Below, piece by piece: positions 21,501 through 33,835 of a stretch of 64,000 bases of DNA. The position numbers and the translations under genes are program-made. Position 1 is the first letter of the stretch. Each line of letters starts with the position of its first letter. Source of the DNA: Felis catus. Taxonomy: Eukaryota. The stretch is from the NCBI RefSeq assembly GCF_018350175.1, contig NC_058382.1, positions 17,918,001 through 17,982,000 on the forward strand, read 5' to 3'. A model generated the notes under the pieces. It saw only the letters and a program-made list of their open reading frames with translations. It did no database searches and was not told where the DNA came from.

Positions 21501-22734
21501 CTCTGGGTTTTCCTTCTGGACAGTGAGGGGGCAGGGGGTTAGCCTATGCCTCCCACCCCGGCCCCTGCTACAGGGCAGCAGGTCAGCGGTGGAAGATGAA
21601 CTTGGAACCCCTCGAGGGCTGACGGGTTATAACGACAGTCTGGGCTTCATCCACAGGGCACTCATCCAGGCGTTTCCACCGGCCAGCACGGAGGGGGCGC
21701 AACCACAACATTAACATCTGGAGTAAGTCACCCAAGTAGCACGAGGGAGGGGAGGCCCCGCTAGGGGGGGCGGTGGGGCACGTGCTGGTGACCAACCCTC
21801 TTGTCCTTGAATTCCAGGCCTCGGTCAACAAGGCCTTCCTCAACTTTCCAGCTCTGTGGCAGGTGAGTGCCCACGTGGCTTCTCCATTGTGCTCTTGGCC
21901 TCTGGAGACATAGTCACATCCCTTCCCACTGCCCGTTCACGGACAATGTCACGGTGGACAGACTCAGCCTTGCAGAGGCCATCCGTTCGACCTGTTTCCC
22001 AGCTCTGGCCTTCCCTTCCTTTGCCTGCTCTGTGTCCCTCGCCCCCTCTTCTGGCTGCTTTCCATTCCCGTGGAGGTGGACATGAGCTGGCAAAACAGAC
22101 TCACGGGGGGCCAGCGGGGGAGGCACTGCCGAAACCCTCCCCTCCCTGTGCCCAACACTTCTCACCAGCTTTCCTCCCTCAACGCACCGTGAGTCCCTCT
22201 GCTGCCCAGCCTCTGCTGCCTTACAGCCACATGCCGGTGGGAGGCGGGGGGAGCCTGCCGCTCTGTCCATTGCCTGGCTGATAGGCACCCCCTCGCCCCC
22301 CAGTATAAAGGCTCCCGTGGGACCCTGCTCCCTACTCTGGGCCCAAAGCAAAGTCCTAGCTCTTCTCTTTGCAATTAGTACCTGAGCCGCAAGAGACTGG
22401 GGCATAGGATGAGGGTGGGAACAGCCCCAAGGCACACCCTTGTTTATTTCTGGGCCGTGGGGGTGGCAGGGGATCCTCTGAGGCAAAACGGACAGGGCCC
22501 CTGGGCTCCCACAGAGGCCCCTGCCACCTCTGCCTGGGAGGGCTGGCTCCCTATTCTTCCTGAATCTAGGAGTCTAGAGGACATAAGCAAGTCCGAGGTC
22601 AGAGAAGCTAGTGTCAATGTCCCTCTCATTTTCTAGGGGGCTGAGGACAGAGGCCTTGGTCCCCTCAGGGCCGCGTTCCCTGCATTCACTCCCTCTCTCC
22701 TCTCTTCCAGAGCGTCATCGCCATCATTCCCTAA
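18591..22734 (+). CDS. SBSN: Suprabasin, a secreted Gly/Gln/His-rich repeat protein; 647 aa, 4 coding exons
   Basis: Exons 18591-20399, 21657-21722, 21818-21862, 22711-22734 (GT-AG, all phase 0). Signal peptide MHLASLLSSCSLLLLWGALPGWA, then NDDPIEKVIEGINRGLSNAEREVGKAL, 18-aa GQGxHHGVNQAGKEAEKF repeats and C-terminal ASVNKAFLNFPALWQSVIAIIP*. Confidence 0.96.
19098..19853 (+). repeat. 54-bp coding tandem repeat in SBSN exon 1 (14 units; 12 near-identical at 19152-19799)
   Basis: Unit ggtcaggggatccatcatggggtcaaccaggctgggaaggaggcagagaagttt; period of 54 checked along the array. Confidence 0.97.
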
Positions 22735-22862
22735 ACTGATGCACTGGCCTTACTCAGCAGACTGACTTTCCTGTTGTCATACTAGCTGACAGGACCTGGA
22801 GGAGCTGGGGGTGGGGGGACAGATTTCCTGAGCCTCGCAAGGGGTCTGTGCTGGGATTTGTG

Positions 22863-22868
22863 AATAAA
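22863..22868 (+). terminator. SBSN poly(A) signal AATAAA
   Basis: About 130 nt after the stop codon. Confidence 0.85.
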
Positions 22869-24271
22869 TACGACGCGCTTTTACTCTCATCATGGTCCGC
22901 CGTGCTCCCCGAGGAGGGGTTGGTTGAGGGGAGGGGGGAGGATTCTCTTTTCTCTTCTTGCTACTTTGCTGAAGGAGCTGGGGGGGGGGTGGTGACACAC
23001 AGCGGGGCTGAGCTGGAGACGTCGTCGGGCTGGTCAGATGCAAGAGGGCACTCAGAGGGAGGAGCCATGCCTCGCTGGCGTGCAGCATCGCGCATGCTCA
23101 GCACTGAGAGGAGCATCCGGGCCGAAAAAGCGGGCAGTGGGGGAGGAAGCACGAGGAAGAGAGTGGCGGGAACCTAGTGCAGCCCCAGGGAGTGGCGTCC
23201 TCATTGGGAGGTGTGGCCCGGAAGGAATAACAAGGACAACTTGTATTTATTGTGCATTGCTGGGCTCCCTGCTGGGTGCGTGACCTCACTAGGTAAGAGG
23301 TTCTGTTATGGCCCCTTTTACTAGAGAAGCACATGGAGGCTCCCGCAGGTTAAGAAACGTGGCCAAGGTCACATAGAAGTGGAGGAGAAACAAGAGCTAC
23401 AAAGCATGTTCTGAAAATAGTCTTTTCCTGTTTGGCACCCGTGTGTGTCAGGGGGCCGGGTGGGGGGCATCCGTGCAAAGGAGAGAGGGAGGAGTTGCGT
23501 GTGGGAGATGCTTGCACGGGGAGGAGGACCAAAGGCTCAGGTGGCAGGCACAACGATGACAGGAGGGCGGGCCTCTTTTACAAGACATGAACGGTGACGC
23601 GGAAGGCCTGGCTTTTGGATGTGCGGTAGCAGCTACTGCTTACTAAGCACTTACTAGGTTCCAGTACTGTGTGAAGAGCTAGAACCATTTAAGCCTCTCA
23701 CAACCCAAAGGCAGAAGTCCTCTTGTGATGCCCATTGTGTGGATGAGGAAACGGAGGCTCAGCGGGGCCAGGGCCTTGGCTGTCTATTGATAGAACCTGA
23801 CCTTTCCAAATTGCCTGGAAAGTCTCCAGAATGCGCTGGCCTGGGTGCTGGGACACCTGCGCTCCTCTTAGATCAGATGCCTGCGGGCAGCTTCCTTTCC
23901 TTCCAGGGGCCAGAATTTCCTTCTATAAGAAGAGGGGCGGGGCATCTGCAGGGGAGGACTGCAAACATGGCTTCCAGCTCCAAAATTCCATCACTTGTGG
24001 GGCCAAAAATTAGAGACAAAAATTGCCCTTGGGGAATTTACAGGCTTCCTGGGGATACAAGGCATATAAACAGAATATGAAAACAAATACAAAGCAATGC
24101 CTCGGTGAGAACTAAACGCCACACCAGGAGGGGCGGGGCCTGCATGGTGACCTTCCTGACCCTTCTGGTTAACTGCATTTTTCCGGATTTGCAGAATACC
24201 ATCATTTTTATCACATAGGGTCCTTCCCTTCCCCGGCGATATTTTGATTTGAAAATATTTCAAATGTAAAG

Positions 24272-25078
24272 TTTTTTTTTTTTTTTTTTTTTTTTTTGAG
24301 TGAGAGAGTGTGAGCTGGGGAGAGCGGCAGAGGGAGAGAGAAAGAGAATGTTAAAAAAAAATTTTTTTTTTAATGTTTATTATTTATTTTAGAGAGAGAG
24401 ACAGAATGTGAGCCAGGAGGGGCAGAGAGAGAGGGAGACACAGAATCCGAAGCAGGTTCCAGGCTCTGAGCTGCCAGCACAGAGCCTGATGCAGGGCTGG
24501 AACTCACAAACTGTGAGATCATGACCTGAGCCAAAGTCGGATGCCCAACTGACTAAACCACCCAGGCGCACGCGCGCGCGCACACACGCACAGAGGATCT
24601 TAAACAGTCTTCATGCTCAGCTGGGGCCTGATGTGGGGCTTGTTGCCATGACCCTGGGATCATGGCCTGAGGCAAAATCAAGTCTGATGCTCAACCAACT
24701 GAGCCACCCAGGTGCCCCCAAGATGAAAGGATTTTATAGTGAATACCTGTGTACGTGCCTGGCCAGCTCGGTTGGTGGAGCATGCGACTCTTGATTTCGG
24801 GGTTGTGAGTTCAGGCCCCCCACACCGGGTGTGGAGCCTACTTAAAATAGTTTTAAAAAAGCATAAATTCGTTTTACTCTGATTGCTTTCTGACACATCC
24901 ATCTGTCACATATCTATCCATCTGGCCACACATCAATGCGATTTTTTTAAATGTTTCTTTTTGAGAGACAGAGCGCAAGTGAGCAGAGGAGGGTCAGAGA
25001 GAGAGGGGGACAGAGGACCTGAAGCGGGGTCCGTGCTGACAGCAGAGAGCCCGATGTGAGACTCAAACTCACGAACAG
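24272..25078. mobile_element. SINE cluster: nested minus-strand SINECs (24362-24568 inside 24272-24719), a short plus-strand old SINE (about 24752-24860) and a partial minus SINE (24941-25078)
   Basis: Recognisable heads, tails and poly(T) tracts. Confidence 0.85.
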
Positions 25079-26102
25079 AGAAGCGTGCGTTCATATGACG
25101 CATCTACTGAGGGTCTACTCCGTGCTGGAGCGCGTTTCATACACACTGGAGGAGTCCCTTCTGGAAAGGGCATATTCAAGGGCATCATTCTTTCCTAAAG
25201 GCAAAGCTTTCAGTGCTCTTATTTGCATGGGTCCTGAAGGTGCCAGGGATATGGGATAATCATGTGCGTGGGGAGTGTCAATCCCCAGAGGCTTCTGGGA
25301 AACAAGGGCTTCTCAGGTTTCGAAGAGGCATGGCTCACCTCGGCCTCGGCTTCGGGGCCTGGCGTGCCGTTCCCTTGCTGGGAATATTCTCTGTGGCCCT
25401 CCCGTCCCCTGCGTTGGCTCCTCCTTACCCTTCAGGTCTCAGCTACCTCGGCCACACAAGCCACCTTTGTTAACGCTCTCTCGTGGCTCACCGATCTCCT
25501 CTTCATAGTGCTTGTGTAACCACAGTGTGTAATTACATGTCTACTCGTCTGACGTCCGTTCCCCCCAGACTGACATGTTCGAGAGGAGAGGTGGAGCCCG
25601 GGCACCAGTGGCCGGCATCTGGTAGGGGGGAGGCCACTGCCTCGAGCAGACTGGGTTTCCCTCTCGGCCATGGAATAAGTGGGGGCCGGAACGAGGCGCC
25701 TGAGACAGGCAGGTGGAGGCAGGCTAGGGGGTGAGGAGAGGAGGGGCCGGTTTCTGCAGACGGGGAAGAACAGGGAGGGGAGCTTGGGCGGGACCCTCAC
25801 AGCCCTCTTTCACTGGGTGCTGACTCCGGCTGTGCCGAGCGCTCACCCACATGATTCATCCCGTGCTCGCCAGCGGCCACGTGAGGCAGGTACCGTGATG
25901 GTCCCCCTCCCGGACCGAGGCCACCCAGCTGGTAAGTGGCAGTGGCCCGGCTCCTAGTCAAGAGCGTCTCCTTGCTGGTGGTCGCTGCTCGCCAGGTGGC
26001 CTGCTTCCCCGGGGACCCTTGGGGAGGAGGAGGGGACTACTTCAAAATAAGTCCTTTTAAAAATTAAGTTTCTTTCTTTTTTTAAATTTCTTTTTCTTTT
26101 CT

Positions 26103-26164
26103 CTTTTTTTTTTTTAAGTTTATTTATTTTGAGGGGAAGAGAGTGCAAGCATGGGAGGGGCAGG

Positions 26165-26201
<37 letters not shown>

Positions 26202-26750
26202 TCCCAAGCGGGCTCCACAATGTCAGCTCAGAGCTCTACCTGGGGCTCAATCCTTGAACCGTGAGATCATGACCTGGGCTGAAATCAGGAGCTAGACGCT
26301 TTTTTTTTGAGAGGGCACAAGTGACTGAGGGGCAGGGGGACTGGAGAGAGAGAGACTCCCACGAGGGGCAGAGAGAGAGAGAGGGAGAGAGAGAAGTGGG
26401 GCTCACCCAAAGTGGGGCGCGAGCTCCCCTGATGTGGGACTTGCACTCACCAACCGTGAGATCGTGATCTGAGCTGAAGTCAGATACTTAACGACCGAGC
26501 CACCCAGACACGCCTCTTTTTTTTAGAGAGAGAAAGGGAGAGAGCGTGTGAGCAGAGGAGAGGGGTAGAGGGAGAGAGAGAATGAGAATCTTCAGCAGGC
26601 TTCACGCTCAGTGCAGACCCCAACGTGGGGCTCGATCCCACGACCCTGGGACCATGACCTGAGAAATTAAGACCCATGAAATTCATGAAATTTATGACCC
26701 ATGAAATTAAGAGTGGGACACTCAGCCGACTGAGCCACCTAGATGCGCCT
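26103..26750 (-). mobile_element. Three tandem minus-strand SINECs
   Basis: Three poly(T)/(GA)n/head units in series. Confidence 0.85.
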
Positions 26751-28319
26751 AAAATTAAGTGTCTGCTTTGGGCCATTTCAGGAGGTGCGTGTGTGCCTGT
26801 GTATGTGTCTCAAAGTTAAACTGTCAAGAGAATATGCCAACATCAACATGCCCCACGCTAGCAAGAACACGTATTGCATTCACCTCACCCTCACGTTCCC
26901 GCCTCTTCCAGACACGGAAACCGCTGCACAGGTGGGTGAAGATCACGGCTAATAAGGCACGGACTTAGGATTTGCAGCTAGTCTCCAGGATAGGGGCTGT
27001 GCACAGGCGAGCCAGTCAGATGCCAGTCTGAGGCCCAGGACACCACAGACACGCCACCCAGACCCAGGGCTTCATCTCCTCTTTCTACTGGAGTCCAGCT
27101 TCCGTCCTTCCCCCCCCCCCCCCGCAGTCTCCTTCCTGGTCTCTGTCCCCACATCCTGCCCCCTGTCCCCCAGAGGGACCCCGTTAACACCGAGTCAGAC
27201 CCCAGCCTTCCTCAGTCAAGACCCTCCGCTGTTTCTACCTCATTCAGAGTCAAAGTCCTCACAATGGTCCACGAATCCTCACTATCCGGGCTGGTTTCTC
27301 TTTGACTTCAACGCTTCCCATTTCCCCCTTGCTCTAGCCACAAGGGTCCTCAAATGGAGTAAGCAGGCTCCTGCCTCAGGGCCTTTGCACTGCTGTCTCT
27401 CTGCTTGGGATACTCTAGTCCCAGACATCCTCATGGCTCGCTCTCTCACTTCCTTTGGGTGTCAGCTCATAGGTCACATCTCTCAGAGCCTTTCCTGAAA
27501 TGCTCCCTCTGTCTTCTCTAGTCCCTCACCCCACCGTATTCTCCTCCACTGGTGCTCACCACCCGATGTGTTTATTGTCCCACCTCCTCACAACGAATGG
27601 GAGCTCCCTGAGGAGACAGATTTGGATGATCTCCTTCCACCCTGAATCCCCCGCGCCCAGAACAGCTGTAACACACAGTAGGTACTCAATAAGGACTCAG
27701 TGAATGAATGAAGTAGTGACTTAGAGAGGACCCGCAATCGGAAGGTCCTGGACGTGAGGTCGGGAGTGTCGGATTTGCGGATGTGATGAGGTACCAGAGC
27801 AAAGGAGGCTTGGTGACGTAGGAGAAAAAGCCGTTTGGAGTCAGACAGACCTGGGTCGAGTTCGGACAGCCCCATTTTGCCATGATCCTTTCTCAAATAC
27901 GCTATTAGGGGTGTGTTTACCAGCCCTGGGCCTCAGTTACCACACCTGCAAAATGGGAATAATGCCCATCCCCCACGGTGGTGATAAGACGTAAGTGAGA
28001 TTGTGCGCGTGGAGGCCCTTGGGTTTCCGTTTGGTTCACAACAGGTTCTTTCATCAATATGCCTTCAGACGGTGTCAGGCGGCTTCTCTGGCCCAGAGAT
28101 GTCTGAAGGTAGTTTTCCCCAGCAGGTAGAACATGGGACTGCATGGGAGAAATTTAGGTGGTTCACGAACATGGCTTTGAATAAGTCTGAACCGCACAGT
28201 GAGAGACGTACCCTTTTCTCACTTTTCTCCGAAGCTTCCTGATTATGTTAAAGAGGAAGGCTCAATTTCTGTGCTGGCGTTCCTTGCTTGACCTCCCTCA
28301 TACTTGCTAATCTCCTCTT

Positions 28320-28536
28320 TTATTTTTTTTTTTAATGTTTATTTATTTATTTTTGAGAGAGAGAGAGAGAAAGCAGGGGAGGGGCAGAGAGAGAGAGAGA
28401 GAGAGAGGAGGGGGGGGGCATCCCAAACAGGCTCCATGCTGTTAGCGCAGAGCCTGATGCAGGGCTGAACCGTGAGATCATGACCCGAGTGGAGATCGAG
28501 TTGGGCGCTTAACCGACTGAGCCGCCCTGGTGCCCC
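28320..28536 (-). mobile_element. SINEC
   Basis: TSD GCTAATCTCCT. Confidence 0.9.
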
Positions 28537-30400
28537 GCTAATCTCCTTTCTTAACAAAGGACGTACAGGAGTTCAGCCAGCTACAATGTAACACCACTGT
28601 TCGCTTCTCACCCTGTTTTCTGGTACTATCTGTCTATGGGTAAGCGATCCTGTCTTTCCTCCTGCAGAAGCGACATATAATACACTTAAGAAAGTAAGCT
28701 GGCTTAAGGAAAAATATCAGCAATAGAGCTAGGATGGAGGGCGGATACATACCACTGCGAGGGTGGCGTCCCAGGAGGGAAGTGTGGGAGGGAGTCTCTG
28801 AGTCAGGGAGTGTGCCGACTCCAGCCCCACCGTCCTGCCCTTGGAAATGGAAGCAGCAGGCTCAGGGGCCGAGGTGTCTGTCCATCAGCGATCCGGAGGC
28901 CTCAGATTTACTCCAGCTCCCTGCCCCCCCCTCCCCCCCCCCCCGCCCCACGAGGCCCCGGGGCAAAATCACAGCCAATTCTATCCAGATGAGAATGAAG
29001 GTTTTGACAGGCAAGGGGGGAGGTCTGAGACAGATGATGACAGAAAGTGCTGGCAGCAGGGCAGGCCTGGGCTTGGCTCTGGCCCTACCCCACACTCACC
29101 CCACACACCCACCGCTCCCCTCTGAGCCTCAGATTCTCGGTCTCTACATGGGGTTACGGTGAGACCAGCTCCCAGGGCTGTGTGAGCCTTGAAGTGCTTA
29201 ATCCAGCACCGGGCACATAGAAGGCCCTTGACAAACTGAAGTTGCCATGATGATTATATTGTTATTCCCACTGCCACCATTATGATTATCATTAAACGGA
29301 GGTAATGACAACAGGTAGGGCTGCCCGGGACAGACCGGGACTGTGTTTACACGGTGAGAGGATGTTACAAGGTGGGGTGCGGGTGCTGGGGTGGAGAGAG
29401 ACTGACTGAGAGGCATTGAGAAAGGCGGATGGAAACCGGCCCCTCCTAACTCGGTGATGAGTCCCAGTGATACAAGGCCAGGGACAAGTGGGAGGACCCC
29501 GGGCCCTGGGAGCAGAGAGGCGGCCCCGGGTGCTACTAAACCGGGGTGAGAGGGCAAGACGCCCAAACTCTGTGTCCTGAGCCCAGATGTGGGGGGTGGG
29601 GGGCCCTCACGCCGACCCCTCCTTCCTTGCAGCCCAGGCCCGGCGGAGACAGGGGTGGGTGGGGCGAGCAGCAGTCCAGGCCTCCCAGGAGGCTGTGAGC
29701 TCACACACGTGCCCCCAGTGGGCCAGGTAAACAGGATGGGTGCCTGGGTCAGCTGCTTCCTCCCACTCATTCCCTGGGGGTGGCTGGCCCGCCCAGCTCC
29801 CCTGCTCCGCACCCAGCTTTTTCAGCCAAGAGCAGCCCGAGTGCTGAGACGCCCTGGTGACCGCTTTGGGGCTGGGCACTTCCTTCCCCGGCACCCGGGG
29901 TCCCCACTGAGGGCAGTCTCACAGCTCCCAGGCCCTCTGCGGGCTGGAAGGTACGGGAGAAGGTGAGGACCGTCACCTTTAGGTGACAGTATGGGCGGGA
30001 AGACAGATGGGAGAGACAAAGGCCACCAAAACCAAGGCAGCAAGGCCAAGGAAGGGCACCTGCCTCTCATCCTGGTGCCCCTGACCCAGGCTGGCTTCCA
30101 CCTAGTGGGTCCTGCCCCACTGGGTTCCTACGCTGGCCTCCCTGGTTGGGTCCTGCCTGTGGTTCCTCTCTCCTAAGTCCCCTCCATCCCACCACCTCTA
30201 GGAGACGCCAACCGCCTGTCTCCTCGGATGCCCCCATCCCCACCCTGCGCCCCAGATTCCTAAGGTTGGGAAATCGGAACACTTTTGCACCTGCCTCATC
30301 CCATGTCTCCCTCCCTCCCTGATTCTTGGGCTCCCTCTCTGTTTCAACACAGATTCTCGGACTCACAATTACAGCTCATTACCCTATCGGTGGCTGGCCC

Positions 30401-30465
30401 TGAGTCACGAGGGAGGGACACAGGGCTGCCCAGCCCTGCCACCTTCTCCCAAGCTGCAGTATAAG
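30401..30465 (+). promoter_or_regulatory. DMKN main promoter: AP-1 site and TATA box
   Basis: TGAGTCA 30401-30407; TATAAG 30460-30465; ATG at 30665. Confidence 0.7.
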
Positions 30466-30664
30466 GAGTAGAGGCAGGGAGGAGGACTCTGGGAAGGCAG
30501 GGGAGTCTGGGAAAGGAGAGAGAAGGCTGCACACCTAGAGGGAGGGAGAAGTCCGAAGGAAGAAGAGAACAGAGGAGGCCACGCAGCAGGGAGGAGGAGA
30601 CAGGGCAGAGGGACATAAACTCGGGTGGGAAGAAGGCAGGAGGGAGAGAAGGAGCGAGGCGGAG

Positions 30665-33600
30665 ATGAGGTTGCAGGGCTCCCTGGCCTGCCTCCTGCTG
30701 GCCCTGTGCCTGGGCAGTGGGGGGGCCGGCCCGTTGCCGAAAGAAGGGGAGGGTGCGGGAGCAGGTGTCGAGGAGGCCGTGGGACACGGGATGGGAGACG
30801 CCATTGGAAAGGGGGTGGGAGATGCCATCAACCAAGGAGTCGAAGAGGCTGCTGGCGAAGGGACCGGAGGGACCGCCGGCTCTGCAGACAGGGGGGCCAC
30901 GAGCCGTGGCGTGGAGGAGGCAGCCCGCGCCCTTGGGAACCCTGGGGGTGAGGCAGGCAGGCAGGCTGAGAACATCATTCGCCGCGGAGGAGATGCGGTT
31001 CACAGCTCCTGGCAGGGCGTGCCTGGCGGCAACGGTGCTTGGGTGAGTAGCGGGAAGCTGGGTGTGGACACGGGAGGCCGTGGGCCCCCGGGTTGAGAGT
31101 CCTGGAGTGGGTTGGAAGGGTGGCCCGTGGGAAGGAAGGTCTCTTACTTGTGGCTGTCTGCGGTGGTTTCCCTCCACGTGATGCGGCCTTCCTCTGCTGC
31201 CTTGGGGTCTCCGTCCCCCTGCCTCGGCCTTCGTCCCGCCCTCCCCTGTCACCAGGCGGATGGTCACGCACACTAAGTGTGGGCGCGTTGCTCTTGCAGG
31301 GAACCGGTGGCCGACCTCCATCTGGAGGCCATGGCATCTTTGGCTCCCAGGGTGGCTTTGGAGGCCACAGCCAGGGCAACCCTGGAGGCCCGGGGACTTC
31401 TTGGGGCCAGGGATACCCCGGAGGTTCAGATGGCAGCTTTGGAACCCACTCTCAGGGAGGCGCCTGGGGCCAAGGAGCCAATGGAGGATCTTTGAACTTG
31501 GGGCCCAACGCTCAGGTACGGTAACCACCCCAGCCCTGATGCGCGCCACCTCCCGCCCTTCGAGCCCACGGTCCCCACGCCTCCCTCATCTGTCGGTCAG
31601 TCCCCATCAGTCCCCCGCTCAGCCTGCCCCTCTCCGCAGGGGACCGTGGTCCAGCCCGGGTACGGCTCAGTGAGAGGCAGCAGCAACTCACACACAGAGG
31701 TGAGGGGACGGGTGTGGGCAAAGCAGAGGGTGTTCGGGTGCGTGGGACAGAAAGGAGGCGAATTGAAGAGGAAAGAAAGAAGGATTGGGGCGGGGTGGGG
31801 GGAGCGGACTGAGGGACAAGGCAGCTTAGACAGGGAAGAGACGGGCCGGGCCAGGTGACCAGGAGGAGGGGAGGGGAGTGGGACGGGGCGTGGGGGAGAA
31901 ACACGTGGGGAAAGGGGCCAAGCCACAGGAAGCGGGAGAGCCCGGCCGCGAGGGCAGGGGCTCTGACTGAGGTCTGGAAACTCTCCCCTGCAGTGCACCA
32001 ACCCCCCGCCGTCCGGCTCAGGCGGAAGCTCTGGCCACTCCGGGGTAAGGGGACAGGCGACTGGGCGGCTGGGGGCATTTCGCACAGCGGACGAAGGAGT
32101 CTCTGCTCCCCTGAGACCGCGCAGGGAATGTGCCCGAGCAAGAGGGGGAGGGCGAGGGGGAGGGGAGCAAATGATCCTGATGTTCTCGACTCTGGTTCTC
32201 ACTCTGGTCTCTTCCTGCCCCTCAGGGAAGCGGTGGCAGCGGCGGTGGCAGCGGTGGCAGTGGCGGTGGCAGCAGCGGTGGCAGCGGCGGTGGCAGCGGC
32301 GGTGGCAGCAGCGGTGGCAGCGGCGGTGGCAGCAGCGGTGGCAGCAGCGGTGGCAGCAGCAGTGGCAACGGTGGCAGCAATTATGGGCCCAGCTGGGTGA
32401 GTCCTGCTCCCCCTTGAAGGCAGAGGTGCAGCCCGGACCCCGGCGGTCCCTGCGGAGGAGACAGCCTCCAAGGTCTTCCCGAACGCTGGCGTCGCTGTGG
32501 CCCCGTCCTGGGCCCCTCGGCCCCTGCACCCCACCTTCCCGGCCCCAGCAGGCGGGGTTCCTTACACACACCCCCTAGGTCCCCACAAGGGGTGCCCTGC
32601 CTGCTGCCAGCTCACGGGGCTCCCGTGTCTTCCGCTCCACGCGGGTGGGGTGCTCTCCCTCCCGTCTCACCCACTGCTGTGCCAGTGTCCACTGGGCAGA
32701 TCTGACAAGAGACGGGGGGGGGGGCAGACGGAAAGAGAGAGGTGGACACGGGAAAACAGGCCACCTGCTTGGGAAGCTCCCCGGGGAACAGGGGCAAGCC
32801 TGTCGCACACGTGGAGAGGGGACATTTGTGGAGCTGTGGTGTAGATGACACTGATACATACGGGACACGTGGGGCCCCTACAAAAGGGGTGAGGGGCCAG
32901 GAGGGGACCATGGGCTCAGCGTGGGCTCTCCCACGGAGGGGTCTGCCATGGGGAGCACCATCGGCTTCCTTAGATATCTGGGAAAGGTGTCAGGCCACAA
33001 GAGGGAGGTGACTAGGACGAGCCAGGCCACGTAAACTGCTGTAATTTACTGCTCCTTGTACTACCTGCTTCCCCGTCTAGGACCGTCCCTTAGAAAATTC
33101 TAGGAATTTTGATCAAAGCAGCTACTCAGGCTCCCAGGTAATTACGGATCTAGGGGTCCCTCCCCTTTCCAGGTTCCAGGACGGGGGGGGTGGGGGAGGA
33201 GGAGAGTCAGGAGGACAGACGGAGCCCCTGGGTGCCAGGGTCAAGGCTCTTCACTTCTGGCCTGTGGGGTGGGGGAGGGAAGAGGAGACAAGAGCTCGGA
33301 ATCCCCAAACTGGCCCACATTTCCAAATACACTTGGCCACACGGACCTCTGTGCCCCGAATAACTTCCCTCGGTGACTGGTTAGCTGAAGACGGGAAGAG
33401 ATGGAGGTTGGGGACAGGGGAGTAAAGAGAATCATAACACCCTGGAAACGATCTGGTTCTGGCTGAGTGCTTCGGAGACCCTGCGTGGACTCTTGCTTCC
33501 CCTCGTAGGGACACAGTTCTGGCTCTTCCTCGGGTAGCAGTGGCGGCGGAAGCGGTGGTGGAAATAAACCCGAAGTGAGTGTCCGCTGCGCGCACACCTG

Positions 33601-33797
33601 CACAGATCTCCCTCCTTTCCCCGGATGGGAGGGAAAACAGGGGGTGCCGAGGCCCTTCGCATGACGGGAGAGTTGGGAGAGCGACGGCCAGAGCTGAGAG
33701 GGGGTGCGCTGCTGGGGGCGGGTGTGGGCTAGCCTTGGGGGTAACAGGCTGCAGTTTGGGGGCTGGGGTTGGTTTCCAGGTGGCGACAGAGAGAAAG

Positions 33798-33835
<38 letters not shown>

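Noticed and set aside
31597-32578. Poly-Ala, RWQQ and CCHR-repeat ORFs
   Set aside because: Alternative frames of the DMKN Gly/Ser exon; the splice phase supports only the Gly/Ser frame
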